Assembly (NCBI GenBank): GCA_964581355.1
Contig: CAZOOA010000004.1
Coordinates: forward strand, 17,591-81,590
Source: an uncultured Desulfovibrionaceae bacterium
GTDB lineage: Bacteria > Bacillota > Dethiobacteria > DTU022 > UBA8154
Direction: 5' to 3'
Length of the DNA: 64,000 nt
Part shown: positions 34,547-43,797 of the stretch, in pieces
Position numbering within the stretch: position 1 is the stretch's first letter
Layout of the letters: each line of letters starts with the position of its first letter
Translations under genes and position numbers: made by a program
Notes under the pieces: generated by a model
What the model saw: only the letters and a program-made list of their open reading frames with translations
Database searches by the model: none
Told to the model about the DNA's origin: nothing

Positions 34547-35950
34547 TTAAAACAGATGATCTCCATGGGAAAACAGTTTCTTTGCTTTGACATTATCTTT
34601 AGGCGAGGAAAACAAACGATCCACCTGGTGGTTCAACTTTGGACTGGAAAAAATAATGACTCGATCTTCCGGCAGCAGATAATCACTGCCGCGGGGCAAG
34701 ATAATTTCGTCATCACGTAATATGGCACCAATCAGGATTCCCGAAGGAATTCCGGCATTTTGTAGTTTTTTATTGGCGACTCTGGCACCTTGTGGAACTG
34801 TTAACTCAATGATTTCCATCTTTCCATCTTCCAGCAAGGAGAATGAGGATACTTCCCCCTTGCGGACCAATCGTAATATCTGCGCTGCAGTAAGAATTCT
34901 TGGACTGATAATATGTTCGATTCCCAGGTTTTCAAATAAGGTATAGTAGTCCTGATTGATCACTTCACAAATGGTTTTCTTTACTCCAAAATGTTTGGCC
35001 AGCACGGAAGCCAGGATATTCGTCCGGTCATCCCCGGTTACTGCTACCAAAATGTCGGCATTTTGAATCTCTTCCTGCCTTAAAAAAGAAAGATCTGTAG
35101 CATCACCTTGCAGAATAAGGGTGCGTGTGAGCTTGGAAGCTATATTTTGACAGCACTCGGTATTCTTTTCAATTATTTTAATGTTAATGTTGTTTTTCTT
35201 GCTGGACTCCAGCATTTCAGCCAACTGAAAGCCGATACGCCCACCGCCCAGGATTACTACATTGGGTGTTTTATTATTCTTCTTCTGCAGCAGCCAGCCT
35301 ATATCTGTTAACATTCCTCTTTGACCCAGTAAAAACAGCTTATTGTTCGGTAGAATTACATCGTCACCACCGGGAATAATAAAATCCCCGTTGGCCCGTT
35401 CGATAGCTGCAACCATGGTGTTTTTTGGAAAAGGCACTTTATGCAGGGGCTGGTTTACAAGCTTTGTTTTCTCATCGGCAATCAGGCTGATCATTTTAAT
35501 CCGGCCTTTGGCAAAATATTCTGTTTCCCTGATATCAGGATCCCGGATTAACTTGGCAATTTCATATGAAGCAACACGCTCGGGGTTGATAAAAATATCG
35601 ATGCCCAGCTGTTCGTTGGTTAATACAGAAGCTCCCTCGTAATATTCAGGATTACGGACCCGGGCAACTGTGATCTCCACGTCATACTTTTTCGCCAGCA
35701 TACAGGAAATAATATTTACCTCATCTACCTCTGTAACAGCAATGAGCATTTCCGCATTTCGAATCCCTGCTTCTTCCAGGGACTTGGCGCTGGCTCCATT
35801 GCTGCAGTTTACCATCACATCTAGTTCTTCATTTAGCCGTTTTGCCTTGTCCGGATCCTGTTCGATAATTACCACATCTTGATTTTCGCCTGATAAAAGT
35901 TTGGCCAGGGCATAACCGACCCCGCCTCCACCGACGATAATAATATGCAT
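34547..35950 (-). CDS. trkA: Trk potassium uptake system protein TrkA (tandem RCK domains)
   Basis: There are two NAD-binding Rossmann motifs, MHIIIVGGGGVGYALA and VVILGGGRIGFQLA, each followed by a TrkA-C domain. Total length is 467 aa. Confidence 0.85.
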   Translation of the reverse strand: MHIIIVGGGGVGYALAKLLSGENQDVVIIEQDPDKAKRLNEELDVMVNCSNGASAKSLEEAGIRNAEMLIAVTEVDEVNIISCMLAKKYDVEITVARVRNPEYYEGASVLTNEQLGIDIFINPERVASYEIAKLIRDPDIRETEYFAKGRIKMISLIADEKTKLVNQPLHKVPFPKNTMVAAIERANGDFIIPGGDDVILPNNKLFLLGQRGMLTDIGWLLQKKNNKTPNVVILGGGRIGFQLAEMLESSKKNNINIKIIEKNTECCQNIASKLTRTLILQGDATDLSFLRQEEIQNADILVAVTGDDRTNILASVLAKHFGVKKTICEVINQDYYTLFENLGIEHIISPRILTAAQILRLVRKGEVSSFSLLEDGKMEIIELTVPQGARVANKKLQNAGIPSGILIGAILRDDEIILPRGSDYLLPEDRVIIFSSPKLNHQVDRLFSSPKDNVKAKKLFSHGDHLF

Positions 35951-36012
35951 TGGAACAACCCCTTTAATCTCTTACATAAGCACCCTTTCGCCTTTCCCAG
36001 GCAGCAATATTA

Positions 36013-36324
36013 TTAACTCATACCCTCAATCTTAATCACTTTGTACAGATGGATCATGGAAAACATCTTTTTGACGTAATCATTGTTTATACTGGTAATG
36101 CTGAGTTCTCCACCGCGCTCTTTAAGTTTTTTCTGGAAAAGAAGCAGCTTGCCCAGACCAGAACTGTCAATTCCTGTTACATTGGAGAAATCCATTTCAA
36201 TGTAGTTAATTCCTTCATCATACAGTGACAATAACTGCTGTTTTAATTCTTGTGAGTTGGAGATATCAATTCTTCCGCTGGGAACCAAACATGCTTCATT
36301 CTCGTTCTTTTTTTCAACTTTCAT
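36013..36324 (-). CDS. STAS-domain anti-sigma-factor antagonist (second paralog)
   Basis: The 103-aa protein has IEMDFSNVTGIDSSGLGKLLL. There is a GGAGG SD 9 nt upstream of the ATG. Confidence 0.8.
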   Translation of the reverse strand: MKVEKKNENEACLVPSGRIDISNSQELKQQLLSLYDEGINYIEMDFSNVTGIDSSGLGKLLLFQKKLKERGGELSITSINNDYVKKMFSMIHLYKVIKIEGMS

Positions 36325-36355
36325 TGGGTGCAGCCTCCTCTATGATTATATATTA

Positions 36356-37048
36356 TCATTTATTTTTGCCTATGTACAGGCCATCCATAACAGCATGACA
36401 GGAACAGGAAGTGCTGACCAGAAACTTTCCAGGACCTGCATCTTCCAACTGGTTTTTAAACGCTAATGCATCCTCTGGCTTAAAGCCTCCCAAACCTGGA
36501 GCCAGCTGGGTACTTCGCAACACATAAGAAATAAAAGGTTCTGCATCAATGCTTTCCAGTAACTGATACAGCGGCTTTTCCCGGGGCAGACCGGTGACGG
36601 TACAGTATTCTTCAGGCTCACTGCAGTCAGGGGGGCAGGTAAAATCTGCATAACTGAGATAAAGCGTACCTGTGTCGGTCTTAAATTCAAAGGGCAAACC
36701 CAGGCCTAACTCTGGGACAGGTGCCTGTTCAGCTTCAAGCTGGCCCTGTATATTTGTCAGGATAAAATCAAATAGCAGGTGCTTGGGCAGTGCGGGAATA
36801 ACCCAACTATCGCTATGAGCCAGCCCGACAATGTAATTGAGAGCCTCAATGGCATCCTGTTCCCATGCCTGGAAGATAAAAGGGGGAGCATTAGCTAATT
36901 GCCCCCGATTATGATCAACGATGATAATCTGACCCTGGGGATAATACTGATGCAGGATCTTTACCAGGTTTTTGCCCAAAGTCCCGTAACCTATAAGATA
37001 AAAAATCATTTGCCCGCCTTGTTTTCCTTCAATGTTTGTTTTTTTCAC
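36356..37048 (-). CDS. Hypothetical protein with an N-terminal Rossmann-like GxGxxG and Cys-rich motifs
   Basis: The Rossmann-like motif is MIFYLIGYGTLGKNLV. Cys clusters are CPPDCSEPEEYC and SCSCH. Total length is 230 aa. Confidence 0.5.
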   Translation of the reverse strand: MKKTNIEGKQGGQMIFYLIGYGTLGKNLVKILHQYYPQGQIIIVDHNRGQLANAPPFIFQAWEQDAIEALNYIVGLAHSDSWVIPALPKHLLFDFILTNIQGQLEAEQAPVPELGLGLPFEFKTDTGTLYLSYADFTCPPDCSEPEEYCTVTGLPREKPLYQLLESIDAEPFISYVLRSTQLAPGLGGFKPEDALAFKNQLEDAGPGKFLVSTSCSCHAVMDGLYIGKNK

Positions 37049-37144
37049 AACAATTACCTATCATTTTAAACCATTTTACCATATTTGAAAAGCATTTTAA
37101 GAACCTGCTTCAGAAAACATCAGCAAGCTAATAAAGGTCGCTAT

Positions 37145-37183
37145 AACAGTACCACCGGGCTTTTAATACCCGGTGGTACTGTT
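37145..37183 (-). terminator. Perfect 15-bp stem-loop downstream of the acyl-CoA ligase gene
   Basis: AACAGTACCACCGGG-N9-CCCGGTGGTACTGTT. The U-tract is weak. Confidence 0.35.
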
Positions 37184-37255
37184 AACGACAACAAAACATG
37201 TTTTTCAGACTGGTTACTATGATAAGTTGCTTGCTGTTCGCCAAGCTGGGCCTGT

Positions 37256-38944
37256 TTAGCTATCTTTTTGTTCTTGCTCTTGTTTCTTTTTTTCTTCCTC
37301 GACAAGCACCCGGCGCAATATTTTTCCAATCATTGTTTTAGGCAGTTCACTGCGGAATTCTACCAGTTTGGGAATTTTGTACTTGGCCAGATTCTGTGTG
37401 CAATAATCAATAACCTCTTCTTCTGTCATTGTTTCTCCCTCTTTGAGGACAATATAAGCTTTCAAGGTTTCACCGCGATACGGATCGGGCACACCGGCAA
37501 CAGCTGCCTCCTGGATTTTATCATGAGAGTAAAGGACTTCTTCAATTTCCCTGGGGAAAATATTATAGCCGCCAGCGATGACCATATCTTTTTTGCGGTC
37601 TACGATGAAGAAATATCCTTCTTCATCCATTTTGGCAATATCGCCCGTATGCAGCCATCCATCACGCAGGGTTTGGTCTGTCTCTTCAGGCATGTTTAAA
37701 TACCCTTTCATAACCTGGGGACCCTTAACAGTCAGTTCCCCGCTTTCACCAATGTCCATAACTTCATTGGGATCTTCCGGGTTAACAACCCTGGCCAGGG
37801 TATTGGGGAAGGGAAGCCCGATACTGCCCGCTTTTCTTTTGCCATAAACAGGATTGGCATGAGTGACCGGCGAAGACTCGGACAGTCCATACCCTTCAAC
37901 CAGCCGTCCACCCGTCAGCTTTTCGAATCGGCTTTGTACTTCTACAGGCAGCGGGGCTGCTCCACTTATACACGCTCTGATGGAACTAAGGTTATATTTA
38001 TTGATCTCCGGCGAGTTAATTATGGCCACATACATGGTAGGCACTCCAGGGAAAAGTGTGGGCTTTTCCTTGTCAATCAGTTTAAGAATTTCATTTAATT
38101 CAAAACGAGGTACCAGGATCAAGGATCCACCAAACACCATAGACAAATTCAAGCAGGTAGTCATACCATAGCTATGGAAAAAAGGAAGTACAGCCAGAGT
38201 TACCTCTTTACCTTCCTGGAAATCTGTCAGCCAGGCGCGAGTCTGGTATACATTGGAAACCAGGTTTTTATGAGTTAAGATAGCCCCCTTGGAAACCCCG
38301 GTTGTCCCGCCGGTGTAAAGGAAACATGCCGGAGAATCCACATCCACCTGGGCGCTTCCAGCAGGAGAACTGGCATGTTTTTTTAGCATATCCTGCAGCC
38401 AGACATCTCCCGACTTTAGCTCTGCGCGATCCCCCTCTTTTTTTTCTTTGGCCAGGGTGTACAAGATCTTTAAAACACCAGGAAAATATTCTTTTATATT
38501 TGTAGCAATAATTGCTTTAAAATTCAATTTTTCCTTGATGTTTCGGACCATGGGATAAAACCTGCTCAGTGTTAAAACAACTTCAGCTTCTGAATCCTTT
38601 AGCTGATGCTCCAACTCCCTTTCCACATACAGCGGGTTGCATGGTATAACCGTACATCCAGCCTGCAAAGCCCCATAAAAAGCCACTACATATTGTGGGC
38701 AATTAGGCAAATGCAGAGCCACCCGGGCCCCCTCTTTTAACCCCATTCCCTTCAGAGCCGCAGAAAACTGGTTCACCAGCGCACTCATTTCCTGGTAGCT
38801 TTTCTTTCCACCCATGAAAACTGTAGCAGTATTATTGGGATACTCTTTGACTTTTTCTTGGAAAAGCTGGGGCAATGTCTTGGAAGGAATTTCAATTTCT
38901 GCTGAAACACCGGGTTCATATGAAGCTGTCCAAATTTTTTCCAT
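37256..38944 (-). CDS. Long-chain fatty-acid--CoA ligase (AMP-dependent synthetase)
   Basis: The AMP-binding motif is YTGGTTGVSKGA. The 562-aa C-terminus carries the conserved K in GKILRR. Confidence 0.85.
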   Translation of the reverse strand: MEKIWTASYEPGVSAEIEIPSKTLPQLFQEKVKEYPNNTATVFMGGKKSYQEMSALVNQFSAALKGMGLKEGARVALHLPNCPQYVVAFYGALQAGCTVIPCNPLYVERELEHQLKDSEAEVVLTLSRFYPMVRNIKEKLNFKAIIATNIKEYFPGVLKILYTLAKEKKEGDRAELKSGDVWLQDMLKKHASSPAGSAQVDVDSPACFLYTGGTTGVSKGAILTHKNLVSNVYQTRAWLTDFQEGKEVTLAVLPFFHSYGMTTCLNLSMVFGGSLILVPRFELNEILKLIDKEKPTLFPGVPTMYVAIINSPEINKYNLSSIRACISGAAPLPVEVQSRFEKLTGGRLVEGYGLSESSPVTHANPVYGKRKAGSIGLPFPNTLARVVNPEDPNEVMDIGESGELTVKGPQVMKGYLNMPEETDQTLRDGWLHTGDIAKMDEEGYFFIVDRKKDMVIAGGYNIFPREIEEVLYSHDKIQEAAVAGVPDPYRGETLKAYIVLKEGETMTEEEVIDYCTQNLAKYKIPKLVEFRSELPKTMIGKILRRVLVEEEKKKQEQEQKDS

Positions 38945-39325
38945 ATACGTTTTCCTCCTTCAGTTAAACAATAATGATTACTGGTTTAAAATTATCTGGT
39001 TGGATTAATTTTTGAACTACCAAACGTTGAAACTCACTCTCCACTAGTATAAACGGCACTATTGGAATATGCTCACCTCCCTGGAAGCGTGCCGATTGGA
39101 TTAACTTGAGTTTATATTCTTATTTCTAAATTTTCATTGTATATACATTCTCTTTTTATACAAAAAAACCTTCCATTGTTGAAATTTCTTCATGTAAAAT
39201 ATTTTGTTTAACAAATGATTGCCTGTTTATGTTAAAATATCTAACATAGCATAAAAATAGAACTTCCCTTTCCCGGTCCACGGCCTTAAAAAAAACTGAG
39301 TCAAACAGAGAGAGGTTTATTCATC

Positions 39326-40564
39326 ATGAGCAAAAAACGGGTTGTTTTTATCCTGATATTGCTGCTGATTGCTGTCCTTCCCTTCGGCTTTCTGGTTTCT
39401 GAAATTTCCAGCGATGAGCTGGATTCCAGCAACAGCGAACTTTCGGTCAGTTTTTCTCCTTACTCAGGCAGTTCTGGCAGCCGCTTGAAGGGTTTATATA
39501 CTGCCAACAGCGAAATGCTTGAAGGCTATTTTCAAAGCGAGGTGACTATCGCTGCTGCAGGTGATCTGATGGTCCACAGCCCCCAATTTTTTAGTGCTTA
39601 TAATGCCAGCACAGGCACTTATGATTTCAGCAAGCACTTTTCCAGGATCAGTCCTTACTTAATACAGGCAGACCTGACTTTGGCGAACCTTGAAACCACC
39701 CTGACCGGCCCCCAGTATCCTTACAGCGGCTACCCCCGCTTCAACACACCACCCGAGCTGGCAGAAAACTTAAAAGATGCCGGGTTTGACCTGCTCTTTA
39801 CCGCCAATAATCATTCCCTGGATTATGGAGAAACAGGAGCTCTCAATACCATCGAACACATCGAAGCCGCCGGTTTGGATTTTGTTGGAACAGCAAGAAA
39901 CGAAGAAGAAAGGAAAAGGGGTTCCCAGGTTACTATAAATAATATTGAGCTGGCCTTTTTCGCTTATACATACGGAACAAACGGTATCCCCGTTCCCCAG
40001 GGTAAAGAGTACCTGGTGACTTTAATCGATGAAGAAACCATTATTACCGATACGGAAAGGGCCAGGGAACAAGGTGCGGATGCGGTGATTGTGTCCCTGC
40101 ATTGGGGCCAGGAATACCAACGCCTGCCAACCCAGGGTCAACGTGACCTTGCCAAGCGTTTAATCGATGGCGGAGTTGATGTTATTGTGGGAACTCATCC
40201 TCATGTTGTCCAGCCTGCAGAAATTATTCAAACAGACAATAATTCAGGTCTTGTGCTGTATTCCCTGGGCAACTTTATTTCCAACCAGAGGAAACGATAC
40301 AGGGACAGCGGCATTATTGTCTACTTTACCCTGGAAAAAGATCTGGCCATGGATCAAGTAACGGTCTCCCTTGCCGAGATAGAGCCAACATGGGTCTTGA
40401 GAAGAAACCAGCTTGGCCCGGAACGCTACTCCATTTTGCCAGTCAATGATCTGCTTGCTGATAAGGCTAAACTGGAGGCAGAAAATTTATCCCCGCAGGA
40501 TATCAACAGAATGCAAGAGGTCGTTACAGAAACAGAAGATATTTTTTGGAGATACTGGGATTAG
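39326..40564 (+). CDS. CapA/PgsA-family metallophosphatase (poly-gamma-glutamate biosynthesis-like)
   Basis: The signal anchor is followed by AAGDLMVHS...NLE...ANNHSLDYG...HWGQEY...GTHPHVVQP. Confidence 0.85.
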   Translation: MSKKRVVFILILLLIAVLPFGFLVSEISSDELDSSNSELSVSFSPYSGSSGSRLKGLYTANSEMLEGYFQSEVTIAAAGDLMVHSPQFFSAYNASTGTYDFSKHFSRISPYLIQADLTLANLETTLTGPQYPYSGYPRFNTPPELAENLKDAGFDLLFTANNHSLDYGETGALNTIEHIEAAGLDFVGTARNEEERKRGSQVTINNIELAFFAYTYGTNGIPVPQGKEYLVTLIDEETIITDTERAREQGADAVIVSLHWGQEYQRLPTQGQRDLAKRLIDGGVDVIVGTHPHVVQPAEIIQTDNNSGLVLYSLGNFISNQRKRYRDSGIIVYFTLEKDLAMDQVTVSLAEIEPTWVLRRNQLGPERYSILPVNDLLADKAKLEAENLSPQDINRMQEVVTETEDIFWRYWD

Positions 40565-40611
40565 AGCGATCCCTGTTACCTGAGCAAAACTCCACCTGGA
40601 TTAAAACTGGT

Positions 40612-40962
40612 TCATTCTTCTAGACGGCCTCGATTGTCTTTGTCTTCGTTTTCCCCAATTTCCTCCAGGTAGATTCCGTTTTCCAGTTTTTCTCCCACTT
40701 TGTTTTCCACTGGATAATCTTCGTTTGATTCTTCTTTACCTTCACTGTCTTTCTCCATCGTCTCGATACTGTCCTGGACAGTCATTCTTTTTCCTTCTTC
40801 CTTGAAGCTATTAATTGCCCGTGCTAGGAAAAAATGGTAACCGGCCAAGGCAATAAAAAGCAGGATAAATAACGGATAATCACTGTAAGTCAAAAAGTAT
40901 AACCCAACTATTATATAAACAATGGTGAGAAGATAATAATTTCGTAAGCCTTTCATTACCAT
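40612..40962 (-). CDS. Small membrane protein with an acidic C-terminal tail, hypothetical
   Basis: Two TM helices are followed by a Glu/Asp-rich tail. Confidence 0.45.
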   Translation of the reverse strand: MVMKGLRNYYLLTIVYIIVGLYFLTYSDYPLFILLFIALAGYHFFLARAINSFKEEGKRMTVQDSIETMEKDSEGKEESNEDYPVENKVGEKLENGIYLEEIGENEDKDNRGRLEE

Positions 40963-41102
40963 AACTCCATTTCTTTGCGCAAATGTTTCGTTTTTTTACG
41001 AAAAACAATTAAAATAACCCGGTCTTGCAGGAGTTTCCAAGCGTTATGCTGAATAATTAATAAAGGTTGGTAAATCAAAAATATTTTTAAGGAGGTTTTC
41101 CC

Positions 41103-41261
41103 ATGCAAAAATATGAATGCTCTGTTTGTGGTTATGTCTATGATCCCGGTGTTGGTGATGAAGAAAATGGTATCGCCCCAGGCACTTCCTTTGACGACCT
41201 TCCCGCAGACTGGGTTTGTCCTCAGTGCGGCGTAGGCAAGGATATGTTCGAGCCCGCTTAA
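41103..41261 (+). CDS. rub: Rubredoxin (52 aa)
   Basis: [52 protein letters not shown] carries two CxxCG knuckles. The SD AAGGAGG lies 7 nt upstream. It is absent from the ORF track because it is under 60 aa. Confidence 0.9.
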   Translation: MQKYECSVCGYVYDPGVGDEENGIAPGTSFDDLPADWVCPQCGVGKDMFEPA

Positions 41262-41282
41262 GATACAACTGTCTTGATTTTT

Positions 41283-41308
41283 AAGGGGCAGGAAGCTTCC
41301 TGCCCCTT
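41283..41308. terminator. Perfect 26-bp palindrome between the convergent rub and gltX genes
   Basis: AAGGGGCAGGAAGCTTCCTGCCCCTT. Confidence 0.55.
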
Positions 41309-41317
41309 ATATTTATG

Positions 41318-41371
41318 CCGTGAAGATAACCGGAGCCGATACCGGGAAACTTAAAACTCCATTTTCATACT
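41318..41371. repeat. Solo ~54-bp copy of the arm sequence of the 52310-52610 element
   Basis: CCGTGAAGATAACCGGAGCCGATACCGGGAAACTTAAAACTCCATTTTCATACT is about 90 percent identical to the reverse complement of 52310-52363. It overlaps the last 3 codons (stop plus two) of gltX. Confidence 0.7.
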
Positions 41372-42834
41372 AATTCGAAATAGTCTATTGTCTTGTTGAT
41401 CCTTTGTACACATGCTTCTTTCCCCAGCAACTGGATGATGTCTACCAGCTCCGGGCCCCCTGTTTTTCCTGTAAGAGCTAGCCGCGTGGGAAGGTTTATT
41501 TTACCCTGGGAAAGCTCCAACTCTTCCGCCACCCCTTGAAGGGCATCCTTGATACTGCCTTCATTGACAGTATCAAGGGCTTCCAGCGCTTTGGAAACTT
41601 TTAGCAGGACCTGTCCAGCGCCTTTGTCCTTTTGGAAATGCTTTTTGGCACCTTTTTCATCATAAGGATAATCTTCATTAAAAAAGTAATAGGTTGCATC
41701 GACTACTTCGCTAAGCATTTTTACCCGCTCACGAACCAGGCTCAAAACTGATTTGAGGTAAACAAGCTCATCAGGTGAAACATGTTCTGCAACAAAGCCC
41801 GCCTCTTTAAAAAAGGGCAGCGCTTCCTGTGCAAGTTGGCCCAGGTCCATGGTTCTCAAGTAATAGCCATTCATCCAGGTTAATTTTGTTTGGTCGTAAA
41901 TCGCCGGGTTTTTGCTGACTTTTTCCAGGGAGAACAATTGAATCATTTCCTCTAAAGGGACGATTTCCCGGTCTTCGCCGGGAGACCAGCCCAGAAGAGC
42001 CAGGTAGTTTAGCAGTGCCGTGGGCAATATGCCCATTTCTTTATACTCCTGCACTGAAGTTGCGCCGTGCCGCTTACTTAACTTGCTGTGATCCGGGGCC
42101 AGAATCATAGGGACATGAGCATATAAAGGAGTTTGGTAACCCAGCAATTCAGCAATAACCTGTTGACGGGGTGTGTTGGAAAGATGTTCTTCGGCGCGAA
42201 TAACATGGGTTATGTTCATTAAGCTATCATCCACAACAGAAGCAAAATTATAAGTAGGTTTCCCGTCTGATTTGATAATAATCATATCATCGAGGGTGCT
42301 GTTATCAAAGGTTACCCACCCTCTGACCACGTCCTCGACAACCGTTTCACCTTCTTCCGGGGTAAGCAGCCGGATTACATGCCCCTGGCAGGATGATTTT
42401 TTTGCTTCAATCTGTGAAGACGAAAGGTTCCTGCAGGTACCTGTGTAACGAGGTGCCTCGCCTTTTTCCCTGATTTTTTCTTTCTGTTTTTCCAGTTCTT
42501 CTGTGCTGCAAAAACAATAATATGCTTTCCCTTCATCCAGCAGCTTTTGGACCGCGTCCTTATACAGGTTCAAACGCTCCGACTGGACATAGGGGCCGTA
42601 ATCGCCGCCCTGCCCGGGGCCTTCATTCCAATCCAAACCCAACCATTTCAACGAGTTAAAGATGGAGTCCAGATGTTCCTGGGATGAGCGTTCTTGATCA
42701 GTATCATCAATTCGTAAAACAAGCGAGCCCTGTTGTTTTTTGGCAAATAGCCAGTTAAACAGGGCTGTTCTTGCCCCGCCGATATGCAGTTCTCCTGTTG
42801 GGCTGGGTGCAAACCGTACCCTGACATGTTCCAT
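41365..42834 (-). CDS. gltX: Glutamate--tRNA ligase
   Basis: The HIGH motif reads PSPTGELHIGGARTA. The KMSKS motif is KLSKR. Total length is 489 aa. Confidence 0.92.
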   Translation of the reverse strand: MEHVRVRFAPSPTGELHIGGARTALFNWLFAKKQQGSLVLRIDDTDQERSSQEHLDSIFNSLKWLGLDWNEGPGQGGDYGPYVQSERLNLYKDAVQKLLDEGKAYYCFCSTEELEKQKEKIREKGEAPRYTGTCRNLSSSQIEAKKSSCQGHVIRLLTPEEGETVVEDVVRGWVTFDNSTLDDMIIIKSDGKPTYNFASVVDDSLMNITHVIRAEEHLSNTPRQQVIAELLGYQTPLYAHVPMILAPDHSKLSKRHGATSVQEYKEMGILPTALLNYLALLGWSPGEDREIVPLEEMIQLFSLEKVSKNPAIYDQTKLTWMNGYYLRTMDLGQLAQEALPFFKEAGFVAEHVSPDELVYLKSVLSLVRERVKMLSEVVDATYYFFNEDYPYDEKGAKKHFQKDKGAGQVLLKVSKALEALDTVNEGSIKDALQGVAEELELSQGKINLPTRLALTGKTGGPELVDIIQLLGKEACVQRINKTIDYFELV

Positions 42835-42895
42835 GACTTATTGGCACCTCATCCTTCAATAATTTATTATAGTCATATCACTTTACAACTTCTTA

Positions 42896-43636
42896 TTATA
42901 ATTCCATTAATATATCTTGCAAGGCCTTGCTGCAATTATCCCGGATAACAACTTCTGCCCTGTAATCATGGTTGGTCGGTTGATTGTTAATAATGGACAA
43001 CCTTTTTACCAGGCCGGGAAGACCTGCTACGGGATATACAACCAGGCTGCTTCCAATAACCAGTAAATAGTCGCATCCTGTTTTCAACTGCCTCTCTGCA
43101 TCAAAAAAAGCAGCAGACATGGAATCCCCAAATAAGACTACATCGGGCCTTAGAATGTTATTGCAACTGGGGCAAAGCGGAGGGTTCTTCCCTTGTTCCA
43201 GTTGCCCGGGCATCTCGTCAAAATCGTATTCTTTATGGCAGCCCATGCAGTGGCATGTCCTTAAATGGCCATGAACCTCCCATACATTTTTTGAACCAGC
43301 TTTGTGATGAAGACCATCGATATTTTGTGTAATAATGCCTTTCAATAAACCCATTTCTTCCATTTTAGCCAGGGCAAAATGCCCTTCGTTGGGTTGAGCT
43401 TCTTTTAAACTGCGAAACCGGGCAAAGCCCACTTCGAAGAAAAGCTCGGGACTGCTGTTCAGTGCCTGGGCTGAAGAGGTTTTTATTGGATCAACTTTTT
43501 CCCAAATACCCGTTCCTGGACTGCGAAAATCAGGAATGCCGCTTTCTGTGCTGATCCCAGCCCCGGTTAAAACAAAAAAACTGGAGCTTTCTTCGATCGC
43601 CCGGGCAACTTGTTTCACCTGCTCCTTGTAATCCAT
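42896..43636 (-). CDS. cobB: NAD-dependent protein deacetylase (Sir2/CobB family)
   Basis: The likely start is MDYKEQVK with a GGAAAGGGGG SD. The NAD-binding motif is GAGISTESGIPDFR. A Zn ribbon is formed by CxxC...CxxC. Later motifs are QNIDGLH and GSSLVV. Confidence 0.85.
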   Translation of the reverse strand: MDYKEQVKQVARAIEESSSFFVLTGAGISTESGIPDFRSPGTGIWEKVDPIKTSSAQALNSSPELFFEVGFARFRSLKEAQPNEGHFALAKMEEMGLLKGIITQNIDGLHHKAGSKNVWEVHGHLRTCHCMGCHKEYDFDEMPGQLEQGKNPPLCPSCNNILRPDVVLFGDSMSAAFFDAERQLKTGCDYLLVIGSSLVVYPVAGLPGLVKRLSIINNQPTNHDYRAEVVIRDNCSKALQDILMEL

Positions 43637-43797
43637 TTTCTGCCCCCTTTCCTGTCCAAGCTGCAACAGGATGCCCATTTGATAATATTTCTATAGTTCT
43701 TGTTTATAAGTTCTTTTTTAAAATGTAAATTCCTGCCCTGACCACTTAATTGTACAGCTAAAAAAGGGCAGTACATAACTGCACCAGGAGTTAGAGT

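Noticed and set aside
39264-39290. Sequence GAACTTCCCTTTCCCGGTCCACGGCC upstream of capA, resembling the repeat-family core
   Set aside because: Similarity is limited to CC-GGTCC and a CTTTCCC-like stretch without the flanking stems. It is probably chance.
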